Below are positions 1 through 14,149 of a stretch of DNA of 64,000 nucleotides, piece after piece; position 1 is the stretch's first letter; every line of letters begins with the position of its first letter. The notes below the pieces were generated by a model. The model searched no databases, had not been told where the DNA came from, and saw nothing but the letters and a program-made list of their open reading frames with translations. The DNA is taken from NCBI GenBank assembly GCA_951406725.2, contig OX597817.1, positions 136,834,001 to 136,898,000 of the forward strand, read 5' to 3'. Origin of the DNA: Octopus vulgaris (lineage: Eukaryota). The translations under genes were made by a program, and so were the position numbers.

Positions 1-1295
1 ATAGTTCCCTTCCTAAAACCAACCACATTAGGGAGTGACTGGGTGCTTTTTATGTGGCACCAGCACTGCTGACGTCACCATGGTTTCTATCAGCCATATC
101 CTCTCATAGTCAACTTCAGATTAAAGAAGAAGTAACCTATCCTAGATGCCAGGCCGTCAGACTGAACCCATGACCACATGGTTAGAAAGTAAACTTCTTA
201 GCTGAACAACTATGCCACACACACAAACACACAAATATATTTGCCCATATGTATAAATACATATGCATATACACACTCTTGTTCGTATTTTAGTATCTCC
301 TTGTGAAGGTGGAGGGTTGAGCAGTTCGGATGTTTGGATTATGATTGTAAGGCCATGAGTTTGATTCCTTGCATCAAAGTTGTGTCCTTGAACAAGGCAC
401 TTCATTTCATGTTACTGCAGTCCTCTCAGCTAGCAAAAAATGAGTTGTACCTGTAATTCAAATGGGGAACTACATTAAGGGTATGTGTGCCTGTGGAGTG
501 CTCAGCCACTTGCACATTAATTTTGTGACATTGCATGATGGTTGTAAATGAGCATCACCTTTATGCAAGCAGGATCTTTCATTTGGAATATTCCATGAAA
601 ACATGTTTACCCATGGCTACAAATTACCCTACTTAGGAACAGATGAGGGTTAATGACTGGAAGAGCTTCCAACTGGAAGGGAATCTGGCCATAGAAAATC
701 TGCTTCAGTAAATTCTGTTTGATCCATGCAAGAATGGAAAAGTGGATGTTGAAAGCATAATGTTGATTTCAAACTTGGGACCAGGAAAAAAAAAAAAAAA
801 AAAGAATAAAAATTCTGAACATTGTGTTTTCTTGGTTAATCTGTTGGTCATGCAATATGTCAGCTGTTCATTCAACTTGATCATGTGATACCTAACACCT
901 CTGTAGGGCTCTGTCTCTCTTTCTCTTTCTTTCTCTTCTCCTCCTCTCTTCCTGTCTCTATGTTTCTCCCTCCCTACTTTCCTCTTTTAAAATACACTAC
1001 CCCCTGCCCCATACACACACATCACAAAAATGCAGACACATGTTAAGAACTTACACATACACACACATGGAATTTTATATATGTTTACATTTATGTTTAT
1101 ATTTCACACTAAGTGTCGTCTCCAAAAAGTGTAAACATGCCTTCCCTGAATCTGAAATGAAAAGAAAAGCAAATTTATGAACCCCCCCTCCACCATACAT
1201 GCACATGTACACACATACACTTCAAATATGTCTAACATAGCATCTACATTAAGTTGGATATAAGATTGCATTTTGGTAGTGATACTGCTTTTGTC

Positions 1296-1333
<38 letters not shown>

Positions 1334-1366
1334 GTATAATTATTAATGACAAAACCAGTAATATGT

Positions 1367-1625
1367 GAAGGTGCATGGCTCAGTGGTTAGAGCATCAAGC
1401 TCACAATCACAAGGTAGTGAGTTCAATTCCTGGATCAAGGTGTATGTTGTGTTTTTGAGCAAGACACTTTATTTCACGTTGCTCCAGTTCACTCAGCTGT
1501 AGTAATGAGTTGCGACGTTACTGGTGCCAAGCTGTATCGGCCCCTTTTACCTTTCCCTTGGATAACATCAGTGGTGTGGAAAGGGGAGGCTAGTATGCAT
1601 GGCCGACTGCTGGTCTTCCATAAAC
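1367..1625 (+). mobile_element. tRNA-derived SINE
   Basis: Pol III A-box TGGCTCAGTGG (1376) and B-box GTTCAATTCC (1421); body very similar to the copy at 19396. Confidence 0.8.
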
Positions 1626-1719
1626 TACCCTTTTGTAGCTATGAGTAAATATGTTTTCATGGAATATTCCAATTGAAGGATCCTGCTTGCATAAAGGTGA
1701 TGCTCATTTACAACCAATG

Positions 1720-2058
1720 GCATTACCGCTTGACTGGCATCTGTGCCAGTGGAACTTTAAAAGCACTATTCGAGCATGGTCATTGCCAGTGCTGCTGGAC
1801 TGGCTCTTGTGCAAGTGACACGTAAAAAGCACCATTTGAACGTGGTCGATGCCAGTACCGTATGACTGGCCATCATGCCAGTGGCACATGAATGCACTGA
1901 CTACACTCTTGGCTTGATTGGCATTAGGAAGGGCATCCAGCTGTAGAAACTTTACCAGATCAGCTTGGAGCATGGTGCAGCCTTCTGGTTCACCAGTCCT
2001 CAGTCAAGCCATCCAACCCATGACAGCATGGAAAGTGGACGTTAAATGGTGACGATGA
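1720..2058 (+). mobile_element. Abundant retroposon with (GAT)n tail; same-orientation copies at 52550-52816, 55795-55890 plus 57163-57267, and 59905-60098
   Basis: Shared ggcatccagctgtagaa...tccaacccatgccagcatggaaagcggacgttaaatgatgatg and internal aaaagcacc sub-repeats. Confidence 0.8.
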
Positions 2059-2099
2059 TATACACACACACACAAACTCAAGCATGTATATGAAAATTC

Positions 2100-4400
2100 C
2101 TAAATCTGATGAAATGTGTGGCTTCCCTGTTTCTTGTTAGGTGTTGTTAGTTTGTTTCATCTCTCAGCTTCCAATGGGTTTGAAGAGGCATCATTGTGCC
2201 ACATACTCTACCCATCTCCTTCAGGTGTTGTACTTGTTTTGCCAGTATGCAGGACTCCCTCTTTTTCTCCTCTGCACTTCCTTGAAGAATGGGGTTTTGG
2301 ACAACCACAGCATCTTCTTACATGGCCATACCGCCTCAGCTTTCTTTTTTTTCACTTTCATGAGACAGTCTTCATGGAATTGGTGGTGGGGCAGGGTACA
2401 CATTGTGTTGAACAGTTTTGTGGACCCGTTCATTTGTGCAACATGGTGCCAGTATAATGGTTATAAGTTCCTCTAGTAATATCACACATCCAGTGCCATT
2501 GTTTTTCTCTGCACCTCTATCAGAGTTCATGTCATACATATCCACAGAACCATACAGAATACCAGTGGACTTAGCAGTCTGATTTTGTGACTCTGTGATG
2601 TTTTTTATATCTTGAAACTGGCTTCAGTTTTTGTGGTTCCTGTCTGGAATATCTCCACTTAAAGACTGAGCTCAACAACAAATATGAACTAGTTTTATGT
2701 TATTTTGAATTTCCCCCACAGTTTTTGTTTGTTTGGTAAATTCTTTCTTTCACCACCATTAAAAATCATCTCCATCATCTTTTGTTTATTATTTCAAATG
2801 GTTTAGAGTCTCCTTCATATCTGCCAGCTACAGTTCCAGTCACTATTGTTGTGGTCCAGTTATACTGTGTTGGCACCTTCAGTTGTTCCTCATTCATTGG
2901 TAATTATATAGCTTCAGAAATGTCAAAGAGTTCTGTGATTTCCAAAGTTGTTCTAGTTGTGATTATCCCAATATATTTGAGGTATTGTACACATATATCT
3001 TAAGCATTATTATCCCATCAATCCTTCTCTTTTCAAAAGCTGTAGATTGATTGAAGGGAATTTAACTGCTATTTCTAACAGTTTGAGAAGCTGTAGTGAG
3101 ACTTTACCATGGACTCCTTATAAACATTTGAAATACATAGAGTATTTATTTCCTCACAGTAATTGAAATCTGTAGTACCAGTTCCAGTAGATTGTAAGGT
3201 GTTTAATCTAGGTGGGGGATAATCTTGGCTGGATGTAGATTATTCAACTTGTTTTTCTCCAATTTTGTGACTTTCTTCTGCAAAATTCCTTTTGTTCTTT
3301 CAATTATTTTTGTCTTTGAAAGTTCCATGGTTAATGTGATAATCATAAATAACACAAATGGTGTGGTTCTCTTAATTGCAGTCCTTCCTCCATACCAACA
3401 AATTTTTAAAAATCAGTATTTTGAGTTCTTATAATGACCATCCCTCCTAAAAATATCAAAAATCAAACGTTATATTCTATTGTGCATACTTGCACCCAAA
3501 TCTTTCCTTCTTCTCATGATTTTCACTTTTATCTATCATATTTTTTCAGATTAATTATTACTGGATGAATGTTCAGTGTTTCTTCATGGTTGGTCACCTA
3601 CAGATTCCTTCCTGTGCCTTTCTATTTCTCTACAATATTTCTTAATTATCATTTTAATTTAATCTAATTTACCTTATCAATTTCTTTTCCTTCATTATGA
3701 AGTGAGTTTTATGGATCTGCAAATATAAATATTTACAAGAATTGTTAAAACAGATATTTCTTATTTGTTTTATTATAGTGAAGTGTAATTTCTGAATGTC
3801 AATTACTTATGTATTACAATGGATTACCTCAGTTTAAATCTTCTGATAAATAAAACTAATCTATTAGGGTTCCTGGAGACAAAACAGCCAACGTAGAAAG
3901 ACATGTTTACAAACCTAGAAACACTCTACCACTCATTCTTTACCCTTCATAACTATCAATTTCCAGTTTATCCCAACTGCATTCAAAACATTTTGCTACA
4001 AACATTCATCTATTTTATACTCCATCTTTTACAAATCTTTTGTACTTTATGGTTTCTTCTTCCAAGTTGTTGTTGTGATGTCAGTAAATTGAATTTTTCT
4101 GAGTTGCCCAAATTTAACTCTGTTCCTAATTGGTTAAGTGACTTTACTCGGTGCCAGGAGGCACCCTGTGCTAGTGGGAAACACCATAATGCAGTTTCAG
4201 ACAAGCCATTACAAAAGCTACCATCAGCTCCACCACACCATCACTACGATTTCTCTGTGTTTTTCAATAAACAGAGAAATATTGTATTAGACTTTCTCAA
4301 TATTAATATCATCAATATCGTTCTTGGTGTTAATATCTGCACTAAGATCATCAATAGATCTTACTTGATCCTGTTCATCAGTCATTGCAGTATCAAATAA
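2100..4400 (-). mobile_element. Degraded RTE-like non-LTR retrotransposon (ORF2 remnant); boundaries approximate
   Basis: Minus-strand frameshifted motifs KRKLRRYGHVRR and RRKRGSP (about 2250-2350) and KIRLLSPLVFCMVL (about 2530-2590) resemble the RTE C-terminus; the upstream part (3100-4400) is assigned less securely. Confidence 0.6.
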
Positions 4401-4426
4401 ATTTTTGCTCTTTTATTTTAAAGGAA

Positions 4427-4661
4427 CCCTTTCTTGCTACCATTGTTATTGTTTCATCTATTTCATACACCAGAGGTCACTACTAGTTCTTTGATACAAA
4501 TTTCCTGTTTTAAAGTGATTTAAATTAAAGTCTTCCATCAGAATCTCATCTTTGCTATTTTTCCAAACACCAGCATCAAAATGACAACATTTTTCTATGT
4601 TCTTCATTATAACATTTGAGACAAATGCAATGGATTTCAGCTGAAAATGGCAACAAAAGGG
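4427..4661. mobile_element. Short piggyBac-like MITE; related inverted copy at about 48680-48890
   Basis: CCCTTTCTTGCTACCAT ... ATGGCAACAAAAGGG termini; TTAA flanks degraded; internal similarity to 48780-48850. Confidence 0.5.
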
Positions 4662-6022
4662 TGAAGGGAACTTGTATCTTGTTGCTTTTGCTGTAGTTTA
4701 AGGAACCGCTACCACACCATTGCATATTGCTATAGAATGTTTGTCAGTAATGGTTTTGTGCTCTACATTCAGCCATTCTATCCCTCATAGACATCTTTGA
4801 GATTTGAACACATGTATCTTTTTTTAAATGTACAGAGTGTGATAACAACAAAAAAACCTTTGCTGATTCTCTATTTTCGACCATGTCGAATAGGGAGGGT
4901 TTGTCTGCCACACCCTGTACATTGTTGTTGTTGATTCACTGTAGATCAACCACTCTAGCCATGATCATCAGGTTATGTGTAGAAAGCTTTGACTACAGTA
5001 ACAAATTAAGCCCCTTTTACAGCAGCTGGCCCCTATCTCTAGCAGACTGCATGACTACATAACTGCCACCCCCACTCTCCCATTTGCTTGTGGTTTTTCA
5101 GTGTGTTGCTTAATGGCAACTCCTCTGGATAGAATGACGTTACCTTTGTGGAGGGTGACTTCTGGGGTGTTGTGATGAATCTTGTCATTGTGGAGGTCGA
5201 TGACTCTTTGGTGTGAAGTATGACATCATGATTGTCGAGGTTGGTGTCTCCATGGTGGAGGTTGACTACTTGAAATCAGTCATGAGTCTGGAGTCAGTCA
5301 GTTAATGAGTCTGAAGTCAGAGTCAGTTATAAATTATACAAGTTGTGAAGTCAAAAAGGTATGAGTTCAGTATGTCCATTGGGTCTGTAGTATGGAATGG
5401 CTGAAGCAAGTTGGACAAATGATTTTGTACCGAGAACTATTGATTGGGAAAGTAACTCGAGTGCTATGAATATTTAATTTGAATGATTGATTTGTACTGA
5501 TTGAGAAATTGTCAAGTGTTGAAGAGAGAGGTAGAGAGGTAATGAGATAATGAAGACAGAGATGAGAGTTAAAAGAAGTTTGAAAAGAAACAGTATGACT
5601 CCATAGAATCCTCCTCATCATCATCTATTAACTTCAGTTTTCCTTGCTGGCATGGGTTAGCATGGAATAAAAACTGAAGTGAATTATACCATGAGATAAG
5701 CATAAATAGTTAGGCCAGTGTTTTCTTAGAAAATACAAAAACATGAAAAATATGAAAGAAAGTTGTATTGTTAATACTAATAATACTAATAATAATGGTA
5801 TGGTTTGACATTCTGTCACAAGGCCAGCAATTTCAAGAGAAGGAACAAGTTGATTGCATTGACCTCAGTTTTTAACTGGTCCTTATTTTATTGCAAAATA
5901 AAGTTGACCTTGGCAGCATTTGAACTCAGAACATAAGGACAGATGAAATGCTATGAAGCATTTTGCCCAGCATGCTAACAGTTCTGCTAGCACACAGCCT
6001 TGGTAGTAATAATGATAATAAC

Positions 6023-6055
<33 letters not shown>

Positions 6056-6844
6056 TACACCATTATAGTTTTATTCCAATCTAATTCTGGCCAATGCTGA
6101 CTTTACTAGACCTCCACCTCACCCCAGTCATCACGGAGTTTTCTTTTACCTTAGAATATTAGACCTTACATGTTTGTGTGGTGGTGTAACTGACTGTTGC
6201 CTTTGTTGCCATGGTGATGTAAGCTGAACTGAGTGTCTAAGTTGTATTTCTATTTACAAACTGCCACAGAAATTTCCCAAATGTTGTTGCTGGCCCAGAA
6301 CGATCAGAGAAACTAACAGACTTAAGCAACTGATGACATGTTTTGCCATTGTTTAATCTTTACTTTGATAATCACAGCTGTGAAAGTGAGAAACAAATTA
6401 GGAAGGTAGTTTAATTGATATCATTTAGCTACAATAGTGTTTTTAGCCAATTAAGCAATAGAAGTCTGGATTTCTATGCACTTTATTGTCAATTGTAAAT
6501 GGATGACTTTTATAAATGATACTTTAACTAAATCAACCTTAAGTCTATAATCTTTCATTAAGACTGTTATCTTCAACTTTCTAATCATTATTATTAATTC
6601 AACTCTCAATCTTTCTCTTTACACTCGCAAAAACAAATTAAATAAAATTTGCCTTTTAGAAAAAAAATAACATTAGTTGTTAATGCAACTTGCAGAAACT
6701 TTAAAGTGTTGGGACAAAATGCTTTGTGGTATTTCTTTCAGCTCTTTGCATTCAGAGTTCAAATCCCATCTAAGTCAACTTTGCACAATTGTTTCATTTA
6801 TTTTCTCGTTACTGGTACATTATTATTGATAGCTATTGTTTCCT

Positions 6845-8000
6845 GGGTTCACATGTAGGGAATACTGTTCAAAGTCTTTTGGTAGTCAACCCAAGCCATG
6901 CTCAGACCCTTCTTCCTTTTTTCCGCAGTTCTTATATTTGTTGATATTTTTCAAGCATTTGAGAGCCCTTCTGCTCTTCTAGGAGCTGGTTATTTCCAAT
7001 TGTTTATTTACTTTTGATGAAATTATTACAGTCACTGCTTTATCAGTTGTAGCAAGGCAGGTTAAGTAGATTTTTAGAGTTTGTTGTTTCTTTAGTCTTC
7101 TCAATTAAGATTATTTCTTTCTCACTGTGTCAGTCATGTGTTGCTTTGTTAGGTTCTCATAAAAATTCTCTGCTAAACCTAAAGCTGTCCCTGTGAAATA
7201 TTTTAACCAAAAGTTTTCAAACTTGTCTAGTCTTGATGCCTCCCAGTTTTTTTGTTTTTTTTTTGCAATATGTGCTTTAATCCTTCTGTTGTGGATGTCT
7301 TCCATTGTTCAGCTGCTGGGTCTATTGTTTTGAACAAAATTTTACCTGGTGATTCTATCACTGTATGCACGCTTTCCAAAAATTCTACTTCCTCTGCTGT
7401 ATATGCTGCAATTAATTTCTATTTTATTTTTACCTAATTCATAATAAAATCGCTTGGGGCTGGGGTTAAACTATGTAATTTGTTCAAAGAATCACCATTT
7501 TTATATTAACAGATCTTCATCATTGACCAAAGTTCTCTAGTTTCAGTAATTATCCATTTTCAGTACATCCTTTTCCATTATCTTATCTTTCTGTATCATA
7601 TTTCTCTCCTCTTTTTTTTTCTTCTGTTGTGTTGTTTTATTATTAAGTATTTAGAGGTTTTCTCTCCTCTGTTTTTTGTCCTGAATATTTCTTTTTATAT
7701 TGCATATTTGGGTTTTCTTATTTCTCTTTGAGTAGATCTGAAGATCCACTCACTTTCTTACTCCACAAATATGGTTTCATTTAACCTAGTGATACTGATG
7801 TTTGGGTTTTATTTTAATTATGTCTGTGATGGTCAGCTTAACAGTTTTTATTGTTGTTGTTGTTCGATCATTGAGTTTTATTTTGGGGAAATACTATCAT
7901 TGGTTTATAAGAATATTTTCTGTTGGCTCTAAGTCTAAAATCATTTCCATCTTGAGATTTTCATGGTCGTGATTTCCACCTTTTGAGTTTCCTATTCTTG
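6845..8000 (-). mobile_element. Degraded R4/Dong-like non-LTR retrotransposon RT fragment
   Basis: Minus strand encodes LSMAWVDYQKTLNSIP (about 6860-6905; cf. LSMAWIDYKKAFDSVPH) and KNWEASRLDKFENFWLKYF (cf. NWKAPGxDxIxxFWxK). Confidence 0.7.
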
Positions 8001-9655
8001 AATCTTTCTCACATTCCCTTTTATTTATTTATTTATTTATTTATGTTTCTTGTGCCTGTTTTGGTTGGTCAGTATTCCATAGGTCTTATATTGTTTCAGT
8101 TTGTTGCATTTTGTTTTGTTTGACTAAAAATTCTTCAAAGTGGTGCTCCAGCATGGCTGCAGTTCAATGACTGAAACAAGTAAAAGACCAACATATAGGG
8201 AAAGACTATCAGGGTGCTGCAATAGTTGTAGAAAGAAAAGATTAACGGTTTATGATTGAGGGTAATGTCTGATGAATTAAGTAACCTTGGTAAGAATGGT
8301 AAACATGATGTTGCTGTTGTATGGTAGAGGAATCAAAAAGAAGAAGCTGCTGTGTGTGTGTGTGGTTCTTGCATATTGTCGAATAATTTTGTTTGGGGAA
8401 GTCAGATGGACTTTTTGCTTTATATGTGCTTCTATATTTGTGTCTAGCAATGGTTGCAACCATCTCTAGAAGAACATTATTATGGTATTTGACATATGAT
8501 AGCAAAATTTCTTTTCATAATCACTTACTAATGAAACATCTTAATACTTTCATGAAGTTTTGGAACAAATGTTTTGTAGCTGAGATAATTAACTATCCAA
8601 TTAGGGCTCATAACTACTTGAATTTCTGCTTTGAAGAATTGTAGCAAGGAGATGATGAGATGGTACTGGGGTGGGGATGTTTTTTCTTAAATTACCACTC
8701 AGCCGCATGTTGCTGTCTCTTTAAGACCTTGCTACATGAAACACACCTTATTTTTACTAAGAATTATTAAAACATCATACTAGTGTTGTCATTTTGTGTG
8801 AAGACCAGTTCTTATCTAACTTTTAAGGTCTGCAAAAATCTCTGATTCCCAACATTGATGAGTTTTTACTCTTCCAGTGTGTCTTCCCTCTCCTTTGAAG
8901 TGGTTTGTGATCCTTACCATTTAGATGTCAGTCGTGGAAGGAAACTGAAAACCTCAATGCAATTCTGGACACCAAATAAAGAAAAACTTGCTTTCTTGGA
9001 ATCAAGAAATGAAAGGAGACCAAGTAACAAGCAGCATTTCTTCTGACAGAGATTCACGAGAGAAAAGAATAAAGATAATCTAAACATGAACTGGTACCTG
9101 GCATGTGTGCAAGACCACCACTGGATGGCATGTTGGATTGATTCTACAAGAGTAATGAATAACCACTTACAAGAGTAATGAATAATCACTTAGCTGAAGA
9201 GGTTTGATGCCTGCATCACAAATGTCCAATGGAACTGTCATTGTTTCCTCAATAAACTTTAAAATTCACATCTCCTTCAATGAGGATTGTTGCAGATTAA
9301 CTAAATTATGTACTTATTTGGTCAGCCCTCAATATATTACAGTTGTTCTAGAACAAGCTTGAAGAGACAACTCTAAAACAACAGTATTAGCTACAAGTAT
9401 ATGTGTGTAAATGTGTGGGTGTAAACACACACACACATCAGAACCTAAAGCAATGAATTATTACTTTGTATCAAAAGATTTCTTTCTTTAACAGAAAAAA
9501 TATGAAACAAAGAAAAAATACTTTTCAGAATATTGAGAAAAAAAATGTAATTTTTAAAAATCTTCTACTATATTGTTTTAGGATCTGTTTGATTAAAACA
9601 TGCAATTTCTCTTTCTCTCTCTCTCTCTGCACATACTCATACATACATTTATGCA

Positions 9656-9707
<52 letters not shown>

Positions 9708-10108
9708 TACATATATGTGTTTTCGGTATGACTTTAAACTGCATCTAGTTGTGGGGCCCTGTTTCAGGTGGTGGCCATGGTTGGCAGTGCATGTGAAAAT
9801 GTGACAAACTGCAGCTTTTTAAATACATTTCTTGGTGGTATTCTGGGCTGTTAAGGTGTTTTGAAACTGTCCCCTTTCTGTTTATAAAAGGGTGTGTGTG
9901 TGTGTTACACATCATTCCCATTATGGTGTGCAGTATATGTTTCACATATTATAATCTCTGTGTGTCTGCTTTATTATTGCTGGAGTCTTGTCATTCATTT
10001 GCTGTTGTTTAAATGTATCTTTCCTGCTTTTTTGGAATATCACAAAAGTTGCTGCTCCATTTGTAAGACCATTCTTCTACTATTTGTTGGTTTGTGGTTA
10101 TGGTGGTT

Positions 10109-10155
<47 letters not shown>

Positions 10156-10340
10156 CTCCCTTGATAATTTGTGTTAAATGGTTGAGGGGGTGTGGATAAT
10201 TCTACCTGGTCCTTTCACTTTCCTGTTTACCTGTCAATTAACCTGTTGTCTTCTCTTAATACTCTTATCAACTTTTTGCCATCTCCCACACTAGACATTT
10301 TTTTACATTAGTCAATTTATGGCTGTGTATAGATAAGGAA

Positions 10341-10445
10341 GTGGTGGTGCTGGTGGTAGTGGTGGTGGGGTGGCAGTGGTTGTACTGGTGGTAGTGGTGG
10401 TGGGGTGGCAGTGGTGGTGCTGGTGGTAGTGGTGGTGGGGTGGCA
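10341..10445. repeat. G-rich minisatellite, 3 x 35 bp
   Basis: gtggtggtgctggtggtagtggtggtggggtggca units at 10341, 10376 and 10411. Confidence 0.9.
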
Positions 10446-12712
10446 GTGGTGGTTATGGGCTAGAATGAGTGGTGGCTGATGCTATTGCTGACAGACAATT
10501 TACAATGACTTCACTTGTGTGGGGTGACTTGGTGGTGGTTGTTGTTGTTGTGGTGGTGGTGGTGGTGGTGGTGGTGATGCATCCCCATCCCCCACTTACC
10601 TGTCACTACCACCACCACCACCACCTCATTTCTTTTTCTGTTCTTTCTCTTTCCTCTCTCTCTCTTTCTCTCTGACCCCTATAAGTAAACACTGTCTCAG
10701 TCATTTAATTAGACAAACACCTTGCAGCTGTTAAATTAACTCACTGACTCTGGACCCATAAATTTGACCCCTCCTCCCCCTCTATCTCTCACTCCTGCTT
10801 GGTGTCTGTAAAGTAGGGGTTTCCTCTTTCACTCTTTCTCAGTCTCTCAGTGGAGATAATAAGGAAAAATTTGGTGAATTGTATATTTATTGGGTCAGTA
10901 TAGTTAGGACTAGTGGTAGTGGTGCTGGTGGCCATGGTGTGAGTGGAGGTGGTAGTGGTTGGTTCTGCTAGTTGTGTTGGAAGTTGATCAGGTTTGTTAA
11001 TGGCAGATGTGATTGTTTAATTCTTTAGTTTGATGTAACCATCACCTCCACCCACCCACCCATCTTCCATGCCATATTGGTACAAACCCTTCCCTTCCTT
11101 ATGGTGCAAACCCTTCCCCTCCTTTTCACATATAAATGTTCTATTATGTCTTTTCCCTCTCTCCCATTGCTCTAAAGTTGTGTCTTATAAGGTGGCATCT
11201 CAATTTAGCAGAGGTTGATGTTCTTTTGGGATGGGGGTGGGGTAATATTAGATCTCAAGTTGGGCCTGATTGAGCAGCTCTTAAAATTCATAGGTGTTCT
11301 AGCCATGACCATCATGTCTGCTTTTCATATCTACAACTTCTACTTTACAGACATTATATCTCAGGTTATGTTGTCCAGTGTGTCCCTCCCTTTTGAAGAG
11401 TGTAGGTTATGGTTTGGAGTAGATTTGTCTGCTATTTCTATTCAGTCAAACAACCACTCAGAAGCTCTCATTTTCACTTGGTGTTGTCAAGGGAATTAGC
11501 ATTGAAGAATGTTGGCATGATTTACTGTTTGGAATTACTTCAGTGTCTCATTGTTCTGAGTTCAGATGTCATCAAGGCTAACTTAGTCTTTCCTTGTGTT
11601 TGCTGGTCAATAATTGATGAAATAACCAATGGGCAGTGATCAGTTCTATAAATATTATATGCCTTGTTATCTGGTCAAAAACATGTAACATTGCTTCATT
11701 ATTGTTGAAGTGGTATGTATGATACATAGTAGTGATGTTACATTTGTCACTGTTGCTGTTGCATACAATAGCTGTGTTACATTGGTGTCACTGGTGATGT
11801 AACGTTCAGTAGTAATGTTACTTTTTAAAGTAATTGTTCACTGTCAGTTGGAATCGTTCAGTGATTCTGTTGCTATTCCAAAGCCAGCCATAAAACATCA
11901 TAGCTTTATTTTTGAGTCACAAACATCAAATCTTGAGCTCATGTTCAAATGATTTTTGTTCTTATCCTGTGTGATCCTTTTTCTAATGATTAGTGTCGTT
12001 TCAAAGAGAATATAATTGTATACCATGGATGATTGTCTTTAGATTTGTACTTCATTCCAGTCTGTCAAGAATCGAAATCAAAAGACACACAACAAGATGC
12101 ATCATTGAACTAAATTCTTCCTGTCAGCTTGAAACATCTAACAATTTTTCCCTCTACTGTTTTTCTTTGATGTGTATATATGTTTGTGCGTGCGTGTATG
12201 TGAACACATACCCCCCCACACACACACATTATTTACTTTCCGTAGTAATAATAATAATAATAATAATAATAATGATAAAGACACAAACCATTTCATCAAA
12301 ACCAAATACAACCAACTGTGACACTACACTCAACCATTATTTCAATATTGCTCTCTGAAAATAATTCTTGGTTGTAATTTTATTTTATGTTAACCTGCTT
12401 AGCCTTTCTCTAAGCTTCCAACTTTATTTTCTGTCTTGACTCCATAACACCTTAATTTAATTACTCTAATTTTGTAATTAGTTTTACTAAAAAAAGCAAC
12501 AGTAAAAAAAGATATCCTCCCCTCCTTTAGCCGAACAAATAATATTTGATTATTGATATATTATACCAGTTTAAAGGGTTGTTTAAATTATTTGATTAAT
12601 GACCTTCATACGTTAACTGCTTTCCTAGCTCTTATCACATGGTATTGGTGTTCATATAGTTTTTCTTTTAAAAACTAAAAAGAAATGTTCTCTCTCTCTC
12701 TCTCTCTCTCTT

Positions 12713-12750
<38 letters not shown>

Positions 12751-13654
12751 CTAATATTTATTTGATTTGGTTCGTTTTTTTTCAGTTTAGTAATTAAAAC
12801 ACATTGTGCCATTGTTAGTGAGTTGGCAGGTGTAAGTGGGGAAGAAGTTTTAGATATAGAACTAGATTCCAATGTTAAATTGAACAAAATGGTTTAATAG
12901 AGAGAAAGTGAGAGATTGGTTATTTTATTTTGGTTTATATTTTCATTTACCCAGGTATATTTTCAACTCTCCATTTGAAGTTTCTTCTCCATAATTAAAC
13001 CATTTTCTCCTTCTTTAGCTGAATCCAAGAACTGTTATTTCATTTCTGTTTGGAGTCAATTGAAATAACCCAATATAAACTTTTTTACTGGTTGTACAAT
13101 ATTTGTCAAAATTCCGAAGAAGTTCTGACAAGGAATTGAGCCTTGTTAACCATTGTGTCTCTGCTCCAAACTGTTAGCTCTATTGTTTTCCACTGTTAAT
13201 TGATTAACAAACAGAAAGCACATTTCTATTTAGCACACTTGCATGAAATAAATAAAACATTGGCTAATTTATTAATACATATGACTAATTTATTAATTGA
13301 CTAATATATTAATACATATGACTAATACTGGAAAAGTCAATATCTCCTGAGTGAGAGTTAGATGTTTCCCACTAATAAATACTTTGGCCATTCACTGAAA
13401 TAACTATTGAGTTATTAATTAATATTACAAGTAAATGAAATCTTGTTTTCTCAGAAAACACCTACCTGTCAGTGCTGCTGATGATAGAAGCTAATGATTT
13501 GATTGCAGCAAATAAAGTTTCCTACAAGAACACTTCAGTGATATTAATAAAAGAAAACTCTTATTTTTCTGGAAATAATGTAAATCAATTGTTTTTGTTT
13601 TCCTTGTTTTAATTTTAAAATATAGTTTGTTTGTTTCTCCTTTGTCTTTTGTAG

Positions 13655-14002
13655 GGACAAGTACAAGCTCTCGCTCCACATCTGTCAATAAAGTCACCAG
13701 TAACAGGAGCAGCTAAACGAAAGTCGAAATCATTGGTTGACAACAGTTCTTCTGCTGTAGCGCTACAACAACAACTAGCTCAGGTCCAAGCACAGGTACA
13801 ACAACATCAGCAGCAGCAGCAACAACAGCAGGCTGCAGTGGCAGCAGCAGCAGCTGCCGTGCAACAAACCCCTCTCATCATGCTGGCTGCACAGCAAGGC
13901 TTGAATCCACAACAGATGCAGCAGCTGTTGCAACAACAACTCCTGAATCCGAACCAGCTGCAACAAGTTATGCAACAACAGACATTACTCTTGCAGCAAC
14001 AG
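13655..14002 (+). CDS. FoxP: FoxP coding exon A (348 nt, phase 0-0): Q/A-rich N-terminal region GQVQALAPHLSIKSPVTGAAKRKSK...LNPQQMQQLLQQQLLNPNQLQQVMQQQTLLLQQQ
   Basis: Pyrimidine tract plus tttgtag acceptor ending 13654; CAG|GTCAGT donor at 14003; frame open throughout; PQQMQQLLQQQLLNPNQLQ resembles vertebrate FOXP1/2 PQQMQQILQQQVLSPQQLQ. Confidence 0.92.
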
Positions 14003-14149
14003 GTCAGTTGCACCACTTCCAAAAATATGGCTCATGTTCTTTTTTTATGCAGTGACCTTCATTTTACATTAGACAGACCCTAATTGGAAAATGCTAAAAT
14101 GCCATACCAGGTCCTTCCTTGTGACGGGGTAAAATTCTTTGATTTCCTT

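Noticed and set aside
1367-1440. tRNA-like A and B boxes (also 19396 and 29430-29500)
   Set aside because: No complete cloverleaf, and each continues into a repeated SINE body, so these are not tRNA genes
13775-14022. Minus-strand poly-Cys and poly-Leu ORFs
   Set aside because: Antisense shadows of the CAG/CAA-rich FoxP exon
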